Shown here: positions 20,501 to 32,500 of the stretch, piece after piece
Layout: every line of letters begins with the position of its first letter
Position numbering within the stretch: position 1 is the stretch's first letter
NCBI GenBank assembly: GCA_965203515.1
Contig: OZ241907.1
Coordinates: 352,001-416,000 of the forward strand
Direction of reading: 5' to 3'
Length of the DNA: 64,000 nucleotides
From: Spirochaetia bacterium
Lineage (GTDB): Bacteria > Spirochaetota > Spirochaetia > SZUA-6 > Bin103
Program-made: the position numbers and the translations under genes
The notes under the pieces: generated by a model
Told to the model about the DNA's origin: nothing
Seen by the model: only the letters and a program-made list of their open reading frames with translations
Databases searched by the model: none

Positions 20501-23500
20501 CGACGGCGGGCGACTTCAGCCTGTCGAGCGCGAAGACGTTGAGCATCGCCGCCGGGGCGACCAGCAGCACCGGTACGGTGACGGTGACAGCGGTGGACAA
20601 CGCGGTCGACGCGCCGGACAAGGAAGTGACGGTAACGGCGGCGGTGAGCGGCGACAGCGGGATAGCGGCCCCCGCAAGCGTGACGCTGACGATCGAGGAC
20701 GACGAGGCGGCGCCTGGGGTGACGCTGGCGGTGGCCGACACCTCGATCGCGGAGGACGGCGGCACGACGACGGTGACCGCCACGCTCAGCCACGCGTCGA
20801 GCGCGGCGACGACGATCACGGTGACGGCGGTGGACGGGTCGTACACGGTCGGCGATGACGCGACGATCGAGATCGCAGCGGGAGAGACGGCGAACGCGGC
20901 GGACAGCGTGACGATCACGGCGGTGAACGACGACGTGGACAACGTGGGCAACCGCACGGCGACAGTGAGCGGGACCGCGCAGAACGGCCAAGGCGTAGGG
21001 ACGGTGACCGGAGCGAGCCTCACCCTCACCGATGACGAAGCGACGCCGACCGCGACGCTGGTGCTGAGCGCTGAGACGATCGACGAGCACGACGGGACGA
21101 ATCCGGGGAAGGCGACGGTGACGGCGACATTGAACCGGGCGTCGAGCGAGGCGGTGACGCTGACGGTGTCTGCGGCGGCGGGGACGAACGCGGCGGCAAG
21201 CGACTTCAGCTTGTCGAGCACGAAGACGTTGAGCATCGCCGCGGGAGCGACTAGCAGCACCGGCACGGTGACGGTGACGGCGGTGGACAACACGGTCGAC
21301 GCACCGGACAAGGAAGTGACGGTAACGGCGGCGGTGAGCGGGGACAGCGGGATAGCGGCCCCCGCGAGCGTGACGCTGACGATCGAGGACGACGAAGCGG
21401 CGCCTGGGGTGACGCTGGCGGTGGCCGACAGCGCGATCGCGGAGGACGGCGGCACCACCACGGTGACCGCAACGCTCAGCCACGCGTCGAGCGCGGCGAC
21501 GACGATCACCGTACAGCCGGTGTCAGGCGCCTACACGGTGGGGTCGGACGCGACGATCGAGATCGGGGCGGGAGAGACGGCGAACGCGACGGACACGGTG
21601 ACGATCACGGCGGTGAACGACGCGATCGACAACGTGGGCGACCGGTCGGCGACGGTGAGCGGGACGGCGCAGAACAGCCAGGGTGTGGGGAGCGTGACGG
21701 GCGCGGCGCTGACGCTGACCGACGACGAAGCGACGCCGACGGCGACGCTGGCGCTGAGCGCTGAGACGATCGACGAGCACGACGGGTCGGTCGCTGGGTC
21801 GGCGACGGTGACGGCGACGTTGAACCGAGCGTCGAGCGAGGCGGTGACGCTGACGGTGGCAGCGGCGGCGGGGACGAACGCGGCGGCGGGCGACTTCAGC
21901 CTGTCGAGCACGAAGACGCTGAGCATCGCCGCCGGAGCGACCAGCAGCACCGGGACGGTGACGGTGACGGCGGTCGATGACACGACGGACGCGCCGGACA
22001 AGGAAGTGACGGTAACGGCGGCGGTGAGCGGGGACAGCGGAATAGCGGCGCCGGCGAGCGTGACGCTGACGATCGAGGACGACGAAGCGGCGCCTGGGGT
22101 GACGCTGGCGGTGGCCGACAGCGCGATCGCCGAGAACGGCGGAACGACGACGGTGACGGCGACGCTCTCGCATGCATCGAGCGCGGCGACGACGATAACG
22201 GTACAGCCGGTGACGGGCGCCTACACCGTGGGGTCAGACGCGACGATCGAGATCGCGGCGGGCGAGACGGCGAACGAGGCGGACAGCGTGACGATCACGA
22301 CGGTGAACGACGCGATCAACAACCTCGGCGTCCCGACGGTGACGGTGGGCGGGACGGCGCAGAACAGCCATGGCGTGCAGCCGGTGACGGGAGCGAGGCT
22401 CGCCCTCACGGGGAAGCTGTTGCTGAATCGTGAGACGGGCGGAGCGGCGCCTGGGGTGACGCTGGCGGTGGCCGACAGCGCGATCGCCGAGAACGGCGGA
22501 ACGACGACGGTGACCGCCACGCTCAGCCACGCGTCGAGCGCGGCGACGACGATCACCGTACAGCCGGTGTCAGGCGCCTACACGGTGGGGTCGGACGCGA
22601 CGATCGAGATCGCGGCGGGAGAGACGGCGAACACGGCGGACACGGCGACGATCACGGCGGTGAACGACGACGTGGACAACGTGGGCGACCGGTCGGTGAC
22701 GGTGAGCGGAACGGCGCAGAACAGCCAGGGCGTAGGAACCGTGACGGGAGCAAGCCTCACCCTCACGGACGACGAGGCGACGCCGACGGCGACGCTGGCC
22801 CTGAGCCCTGAGACGATCGACGAGCACGACGGGACGAATCCGGGGAAGGCGACGGTGACGGCGACGTTGAACCGGGCGTCGAGCGAGGCGGTGACGCTGA
22901 CGGTGGCAGCGGCGGCGGGGACGAACGCGGCTGCGGGCGACTTCAGCCTGTCGAGCACGAAGACGTTGAGCATCGCCGCCGGAGCGACGACGAGCACCGG
23001 TACGGTGACGGTGACGGCGGTCGATGACACGACGGACGCGCCGGACAAGGAAGTGACGGTAACGGCGGCGGTGAGCGGGGACAGCGGGGTAGCGGCCCCG
23101 GCGGCGAAGACGCTGACGATCGAAGACGATGAAGCGGCGCCTGGGGTGACGCTGGCGGTGACGGACAGCGCGATCGCGGAGGACGGCGGCACGACGACGG
23201 TGACCGCCACGCTCAGCCACGCGTCGAGCGCGGCGACGACGATCACCGTGCAGCCGGTGACAGGCGCCTACACGGTGGGGACGGACGCGACGATCGAGAT
23301 CGCAGCAGGAGAGACGGCGAACGCGGCGGACACGGCGACGATCACGGCGGTGAACGACGACGTGGACAACGTCGGCGACCGGTCGGTGACGGTGAGCGGG
23401 ACGGCGCAGAACAGCCAGGGCGTGGGAACGGTGACCGGCGCGGCTCTGACGTTGACCGACGACGAGGCGACGCCGACGGCGACGCTGGTGCTGAGCGCTG

Positions 23501-26500
23501 AGACGATCGACGAGCACGACGGGACGAATCCGGGGAAGGCGACGGTGACGGCGACGTTGAACCGGGCGTCGAGCGAGGCGGTGACGCTGACGGTGGCTGT
23601 GGCGGCCGGGACGAACGCGGCGGCGGGCGACTTCAGCCTGTCGAGCACGAAGACGTTGAGCATCGCCGCGGGAGCGACCAGCAGCACCGGCACGGTGACG
23701 GTGACGGCGGTCGACAACACGGTCGACGCGCCGGACAAGGAAGTGACGGTAACGGCGGCGGTGAGCGGGGACAGCGGGATAGCGGCCCCGGCGAGCGTGA
23801 CGCTGACGATCGAGGATGACGAAGCGGCGCCTGGGGTGACGCTGGCGGTGACCGACTCGTCGATCGCGGAGGACGGCGGAACGACGACGGTGACGGCGAC
23901 GCTGAGCCATGCGTCGAGCGTGGCGACGACGATCACCGTGCAGCCGGTGACGGGTGCCTACACGGTCGGGTCGGACGCGACGATCGAGATCGGGGCGGGA
24001 GAGACGGCGAACGCGTCGGACACAGTGACGATCACGGCGGTGAACGACGACGTGGACAACGTCGGCGACCGTTCGGTGACGGTGAGCGGGACGGCGCAGA
24101 ACAGCCAGGGCGCCGGTACGGTGACCGGAGCAGCGCTGACGCTGACCGACGACGAAGCGACGCCGACGGCGACGCTGGCGCTGAGCGCTGAGACGATCGA
24201 CGAGCACGACGGGACGAATCCGGGGAAGGCGATGGTGACGGCGAGTCTGAACCGTGCGTCGAGCGAGGCGGTGACGCTGACGGTGGCAGCGGCCGCGGGA
24301 ACGAACGCGGCGGCAAGCGACTTCAGCTTGTCGAGCACGAAGACGTTGAGCATCGCCGCGGGAGCGACTAGCAGCACCGGCACGGTGACGGTGACGGCGG
24401 TCGACAACACGGCGGACGCGCCGGACAAGGAAGTGACGGTGACGGCGGCGGTGAGCGGGGACAGCGGTATAGCGGACCCGGCGAGCGTGACGCTGACGAT
24501 CGAGGACGATGAAGCAGCGCCGGGCGTGACGCTGGCGGTCGCCGACAGTGCGATCGCGGAGGACGGCGGAACGACGACGGTGACGGCGACGCTGAGCCAT
24601 GCGTCGAGCGTGGCGACGACGATCACCGTGCAGCCGGTGACGGGTGCCTACACGGTCGGCGAGGACGCGACGATCGAGATCGGGGCGGGAGAGACGGCGA
24701 ACGCGGCGGACACGGTGACGATCACGGCGGTGAACGACGACGTGGACAACGTGGGCAACCGCACGGTAACGGTGACGGGGACGGCGCAGAACAGCCAGGG
24801 CGCCGGGACGGTGACCGGAGCAAGCCTCACCCTCACGGACGACGAGGCGACGCCGACGGCGACATTGGTGCTGAGCGCTGAGACGATCGACGAGCACGAC
24901 GGGACGAATCCGGGGAAGGCGACGGTGACGGCGACGTTGAACCGGGCGTCGAGCGAGGCGGTGACGCTGACGGTGGCTGCGGCGGCGGGGACGAACGCGG
25001 CGGTTGGCGACTTCAGCCTGTCGGGCACGAAGACGTTGAGCATCGCCGCCGGAGCGACCAGCAGCACCGGCACGGTGACGGTGACGGCGGTCGACAACAC
25101 GGCGGACGCGCCGGACAAGGAAGTGACGGTAACGGCGGCGGTGAGCGGGGACAGCGGGGTAGCGGCCCCGGCGGCGAAGACGCTGACGATCGAGGACGAC
25201 GAAGCGGCACCGGGCGTAACGCTGGCGGTCGCCGACAGCGCCATTGCCGAGAACGGCGGCACCACCACGGTGACCGCCACGCTCAGCCACGCGTCAAGCG
25301 CCGCGACGACGATCACCGTACAGCCGGTGACGGGCGCCTACACGGTGGGGGAGGACGCGACGATCACGATACCGGCCGGGGCAACGTCGAAGGCGGCGGA
25401 CACGGCGACGATCACGGCGGTGAACGACGACGTGGACAACGTGGGCAACCGCACGGCGACAGTGAGCGGGACCGCGCAGAACGGCCAAGGCGTAGGGACG
25501 GTGACCGGAGCGAGCCTCACCCTCACCGACGACGAGGCGACGCCGACCGCGACGCTGGCGCTGAGCCCTGAGACGATCGACGAGCACGACGGGTCGGTCG
25601 CTGGGTCGGCGACGGTGACGGCGAGTCTGAACCGGGCGTCGAGCGAGGCGGTGACGCTGACGGTAGCTGCGGCGGCCGGGACGAACGCGGCGGCGGGCGA
25701 CTTCACGTTGTCGAGCACGAAGACGTTGAGCATCGCCGCGGGAGCGACCAGCAGCACCGGCACGGTGACGGTGACGGCGGTCGATGACACGACGGACGCG
25801 CCGGACAAGGAAGTAACGGTGACGGCGGCGGTGAGCGGGGACAGCGGGATAGCGGCCCCCGCGAGTGTGACGCTGACGATCGAGGACGACGAAGCGGCGC
25901 CTGGGGTGACGCTGGCGGTTACGGACAGCGCGATCGCCGAGAACGGCGGGTCCACCACGGTGACCGCCACGCTCAGCCACGCATCGAGCGCGGCGACGAC
26001 GATCACGGTGACGGCGGTGACGGGTGCCTACACGGTCGGGACCGACGCGACGATCGAGATCGCGGCGGGAGAGACGTCGAACGCGGCGGACACGGTGACG
26101 GTCACGGCGGTGAACGACGACGTGGACAACGTGGGCGACCGGTCGGTGACGGTGAGCGGGACGGCGCAGAACAGCCAGGGCGCCGGGAGCGTGACGGGCG
26201 CGGCGCTGACGCTGACCGACGACGAGGCGACGCCGACGGCGACGCTGGCGCTGAGCGCTGAGACGATCGACGAGCACGACGGGACGAATCCGGGGAAGGC
26301 GACGGTGACGGCAAGTCTGAACCGTGCGTCGAGCGAGGCGGTGACGCTGACGGTGGCTGCGGCAGCGGGGACGAACGCGGCGGCGGGCGACTTCACGTTG
26401 TCGAGCGTGACGACGCTGAGTATCGCCGCCGGAGCGACCAGCAGCACCGGAACGGTGACGGTAACGGCGGTCGATAACACGACGGACGCGCCGGACAAGG

Positions 26501-29500
26501 AAGTGACGGTAACGGCGGCGGTGAGCGGGGACAGCGGGATAGCGGCCCCGGCGAGCGTGACGCTGACGATCGAGGACGACGAAGCGGCACCGGGCGTAAC
26601 GCTGGCGGTCGCCGACAGCGCCATTGCCGAGAACGGCGGCACCACCACGGTGACCGCCACGCTCAGCCACGCGTCAAGCGCCGCGACGACGATCACCGTA
26701 CAGCCGGTGACGGGCGCCTACACGGTGGGGGAGGACGCGACGATCACGATACCGGCCGGGGCAACGTCGAAGGCGGCGGACACGGCGACGATCACGGCGG
26801 TGAACGACGACGTGGACAACGTGGGCAACCGCACGGCGACAGTGAGCGGGACCGCGCAGAACGGCCAAGGCGTAGGGACGGTGACCGGAGCGAGCCTCAC
26901 CCTCACCGATGACGAAGCGACGCCGACGGTGACGCTGGCCCTGAGCGCTGAGACGATCGACGAGCACGACGGAACGAATCCGGGGAAGACGACGGTGACG
27001 GCGACGTTGAACCGTGCGTCGAGCGAGGCGGTGACGCTGACGGTGGCTGCGGCAGCGGGGACGAACGCGGCGGCGGGCGACTTCAGCCTGTCGAGCGCGA
27101 CGACGCTGAGTATCGCCGCCGGAGCGACCAGCAGCACCGGTACGGTGATGGTGACGGCGGTCGATAACACGACGGACGCGCCGGACAAGGAAGTGACGGT
27201 GACGGCGGCGGTGAGCGGCGACAGCGGGATAGCGGCCCCGGCGGCGAAGACGCTGACGATCGAGGACGACGAAGCCGCGCCAGGGGTGACATTGGCCTTG
27301 GCCGACAGCGCCATCGATGAGAACGGCGGGTCCACCACGGTGACCGCCACGCTGAGCCACGCATCAAGCGCGGCGACGACGATCACGGTGCAGCCGGTGA
27401 CGGGCGCCTACACGGTGGGGTCGGACGCGACGATCGAGATCGCGGCGGGAGAGACGGCGAACGCGGCGGACAGCGTGACGATCACGGCGGTGAACGACGC
27501 GATCGACAACGTGGGCAACCGCACGGCGACGGTGAGCGGAACGGCGCAGAACAGCCAGGGCGTAGGAACGGTGACCGGAGCGGCGCTGACGCTGACCGAC
27601 GACGAAGCGACGCCGACCGTGACGCTGGCGCTGAGCGCTGAGACGATCGACGAGCACGACGGGGCGAATCCGGGGAAGGCGACGGTGACGGCAAGTCTGA
27701 ACCGAGCGTCGAGCGAGGCGGTGACGCTGACGGTGGCTGCGGCGGCGGGGACGAACGCGGCTGCGGGCGACTTCAGCCTGTCGAGCACGAAGACGCTGAG
27801 CATCGCGGCGGGAGCGACGACGAGCACCGGAACGGTGACGGTGACGGCGGTCGATAACACGACGGACGCGCCGGACAAGGAAGTGACGGTGACGGCGGCG
27901 GTGAGCGGCGACAGCGGGATAGCGGCCCCGGCGGCGAAGACGCTGACGATCGAGGACGACGAAGCCGCGCCAGGGGTGACATTGGCCTTGGCCGACAGCG
28001 CCATCGATGAGAACGGCGGGTCCACCACGGTGACCGCCACGCTGAGCCACGCATCAAGCGCGGCGACGACGATCACGGTGCAGCCGGTGACGGGCGCCTA
28101 CACGGTGGGGTCGGACGCGACGATCGAGATCGCGGCGGGAGAGACGGCGAACGCGGCGGACAGCGTGACGATCACGGCGGTGAACGACGCGATCGACAAC
28201 GTGGGCAACCGCACGGCGACGGTGAGCGGAACGGCGCAGAACAGCCAGGGCGTAGGGACGGTGACGGGAGCAAGCCTCACCCTCACGGATGACGAGGCGA
28301 TGCCGACGGCAACGCTGGCCCTGAGTCCTGAGACGATCGACGAGCACGACGGGTCGGTCGCTGGGTCGGCGACGGTGACGGCGAGTCTGAACCGAGCGTC
28401 GAGCGAGGCGGTGACGCTGACGGTGGCAGCGGCGGCGGGGACGAACGCGGCGGCGGGGGACTTCAGCCTGTCGGGCACGAAGACGCTGAGCATCGCCGCC
28501 GGAGCGACCAGCAGCACCGGTACGGTGACGGTGACGGCGGTCGACAACACGGTCGACGCGCCGGACAAGGAAGTGACGGTCACGGCGACGGTGAGCGGGG
28601 ACAGCGGGATAGCGGCGCCGGCGAGCGTGACGCTGACGATCGAGGACGACGAAGCGGCGCCTGGAGTGACGTTGGCGGTGGCCGACAGCGCGATCGCCGA
28701 GAACGGTGGAACGACGACGGTGACCGCCACGCTGAGCCATGCGTCGAGCGCGGCGACGACGATCACGGTACAACCGGTGTCGGGCGCCTACACCGTGGGG
28801 TCGGACGCGACGATCACGATCGGGGCGGGAGAGACGTCGAACGCGGCGGACACGGTGACGATCACGGCGGTGAACGACGCGATCGACAACGCGGGCAACC
28901 GCACGGCGACAGTGAGCGGGACGGCGCAGAACAGCCAGGGCGTGGGAACGGTGACGGGAGCGAGCCTCACCCTCACCGACGACGAGGGAACGCCGACCGC
29001 GACGCTGGCGCTGAGTGCTGAGACGATCGACGAGCACGACGGGTCGGTCGCTGGGTCGGCGACGGTGACGGCGACGTTGAACCGAGCGTCGAGCGAGGCG
29101 GTGACGCTGACGGTGTCTGCGGCGGCGGGGACGAACGCGGCGGCGGGGGACTTCAGCCTGTCGAGCACGAAGACGCTGAGCATCGCCGCCGGAGCGACCA
29201 GCAGCACCGGCACGGTGACGGTGACGGCGGTCGATAACACGACGGACGCGCCGGACAAGGAAGTGACGGTCACGGCGGCGGTGAACGGGGACAGCGGGAT
29301 AGCGGCCCCCGCGAGCGTGACGCTGACGATCGAAGACGACGAAGCGGAGCCTGGGGTGACGCTGGCGGTGGCCGACAGCGCCATCGCCGAGAACGGCGGG
29401 TCCACCACGGTGACGGCGACGCTCTCCCACCCGTCGAGCGCCGCGACGACGATCACGGTACAGCCGGTGACGGGCGCCTACACGGTGGGGTCGGACGCGA

Positions 29501-32500
29501 CGATCACGATACCGGCCGGGGCGACGTCGAAGGCGGCGGACACGGCGACGATCACGGCGGTGAACGACGCGATCGACAACGTGGGCAACCGCACGGTGAC
29601 GGTGAGCGGGACGGCGCAGAACAGCCAGGGCGTGGGGACGGTGACCGGAGCGAGCCTCACCCTCACGGATGACGAGGGAGCGCCGACGGCGACGCTGGCG
29701 CTGAGCGCTGAGACGATCGACGAGCACGACGGAACGAATCCGGGGAAGGCGACGGTGACGGCGACGTTGAACCGAGCGTCGAGCGAGGCGGTGACGCTGA
29801 CGGTGGCCGCGGCGGCGGGGACGAACGCAGCGGCGGGCGACTTCAGCCTGTCGAGCACGACGACGCTGAGCATCGCCGCCGGAGCGACCAGCAGCACCGG
29901 AACGGTGACGGTGACGGCGGTCGACAACACGGTCGACGCGCCGGACAAGGAAGTGACGGTGACGGCGGCGGTGAGCGGGGACAGCGGGATAGCGGCGCCG
30001 GCGAGCGTGACGCTGACGATCGAGGACGACGAAGCGGCGCCTGGGGTGACGCTGGCGGTGGCCGACAGCGCGATCGCCGAGAACGGCGGAACGACGACGG
30101 TGACCGCCACGCTGAGCCACGCATCGAGCGCGGCGACCACCATCACGGTGACCGCGGCAGACGGCGCCTACACGGTGGGGACCGACGCGACGATCGAGAT
30201 CGCGGCGGGAGAGACGGCGAACGCGGCCGACACGGCGACGATCACGGCGGTGGACGACGCGATCGACAACACGGTCAATCGGTCGGTGACGGTGAGCGGG
30301 ACGGCGCAGAACAGCCAGGGCGTGGGAACGGTGACCGGAGCGAGCCTCACCCTCACCGACGACGAGGGAGCGCCGACGGCGACGCTGGCGCTGAGCGCTG
30401 AGACGATCGACGAGCACGACGGGACCGATCCGGGGAAGGCGACGGTGACGGCGACGTTGAACCGGGCGTCGAGCGAGGCGGTGACGCTGACGGTGGCCGC
30501 AGCGACCGGGACGAACGCGGCGGCGGGCGACTTCACGCTGTCGAGCACGACGACGTTGAGCATCGCGGCCGGGGTGACCAGCAGCACCGGTGAGGTGACG
30601 GTGACGGCGGTCGACGACACGGTCGACGCGCCGGACAAGGAAGTGACGGTAACGGCGGCGGTGAGCGGCGACAGCGGGATAGCGGCCCCCGCAAGCGTGA
30701 CGCTGACGATCGAGGACGACGAGGCGGCGCCGGGGGTGACGCTGGCGGTGGCCGACAGTGCGATCGACGAGAACGGCGGCACGACGACGGTGACGGCGAC
30801 GCTGAGCCATGCGTCGAGCGCGGCGACGACGATCACGGTGACGGCGGTAGACGGCGCCTACACGGTGGGGACCGACGCGACGATCGAGATCGCGGCAGGC
30901 GAGACGGCGAACGCTGCGGACACGGCGGGGATCACGGCGGTGGCCGACGCGGAAAGCACCGGCGACCGCACGGTGACGGTGACCGGAACGGCGCAGAACA
31001 GCCAGGGCGCGGGGGAGGTGACCGGAGCGGAGCTGACCCTCCGCGACGGCGGCGGTGGCGGGGTGGCGGCGTTCGAGCTGAGCGGCGCGGTGGCGGACCA
31101 GGAGTGGATCGAGGGGCAGGCGATCACGCCGTTGACGCTGCCGGCAGCGACCGGCGGCGACGGAGCGGTGAGCTATGCGTTGAGGCCGGAACTGCCGGGC
31201 GGCGTGAGCCGGGACGCAGCCAGCCGGGAGGTGACCGGGACGCCGGAGGCGGCCCAGGCGGAGACCGAATACACCTGGACCGCGACCGACGGCGGAGGCG
31301 CGACGGTCGACGTGACGTTCACCATCGAGGTGCTTGCCGGCGCGGTCCGGGACGAGCCGCCGGTGGGGTCATCGGCGCCGGCGTCGGGTCCGGTGCCGCC
31401 GGCGGCCGGGGTAGTGAAGGTGACGATCGGGGACGCGTCGATCATGGAAGGCGACGGGCGGCGGGTCGATGCGGAGTTCACGGTGAAGCTGGACCGGGCG
31501 AGCGCGGCGCCGGTCACGGTGGGGTATGAGACCCGTGACGACACGGCGACTGCGGGGGCCGACTACGCGCAGTGCGCGGGAACGGTGACCTTCGCGCCGG
31601 GGGAGACGCAACGGATGATTGCGGTGGAGGTGCTGCCGGACACGACGGTGGAGGCGAACGAGGAGTTCATGGTGACGCTGGTCGAGCCGGAGAACGCGGT
31701 GCTGGAGCGGGCGATGGCGCGGGGGACGATCGGAGACAACGACGTGGCGCTGCTGGCGATCGACGACACGCAGGTGAAGGAAGGGGACCGGGGCCGATCG
31801 GCGGCGTGGTTCGAGGTGCGGATGATCTCGAAGACGGAGCGGCCGGTGCTGCTGCGGTACACGACGAAGGACGGGACGGCGCGAGCGGGGGAGGACTACG
31901 AGGCGGCGAGCGAGGTGCTGGTGTTCGCGCCGGGAGAGGCGGCGAAGCGGGTATCGGTGGCGGTGCTGGGAGACACGGAGCCGGAGGCGGACGAGACGTT
32001 TGGGGTGACGTTGCAAGCCGCCGAGCAGCGTGCTGGGAGTGGAGGACTGGCGGCCGAGGGGGTGATCGAAGACGACGACCAGGATCGGATGCGGCGAGCG
32101 TTGCGGCGCGCGCACGCGGAGTTTGCGCGGGTGGTGGCGACCGACGCGGTGGCGGTGATCGGGGGCCGTCTGCGGGACAGCGCGGCGGGGGCGGGGTCGC
32201 AGGTGACGCTGCACGGGCAGAGGTTGGCGTTGGCGGAGCTGACGGGAACGGCGCCGGAGCAGCGGTGGGCTGCGGCGGAGCCGGAGGCGGCGGAGTACCG
32301 GCAGGTGTCGTTCGGGGAGTTGCTGTCGCAGAGTTCGATCGACCTGCGATCGAACGATCTGAGCGGCGGCGCGCCTGCCGGGGATGCGGGAGCCGAGAGA
32401 GCGGGAGACGGCGGCGGATTGGAGTGGAGCATCTGGGGGACGGGAACGCTTGGGGGGTATTCGGGAGCGGGCGAGGTCAGCGGCGGGGCTGGAGCGAGGT

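Noticed and set aside
17260..31047. Repeat array as a diversity-generating retroelement or CRISPR-like system
   Set aside because: No reverse transcriptase in the window, and differences are mostly synonymous rather than adenine-specific.
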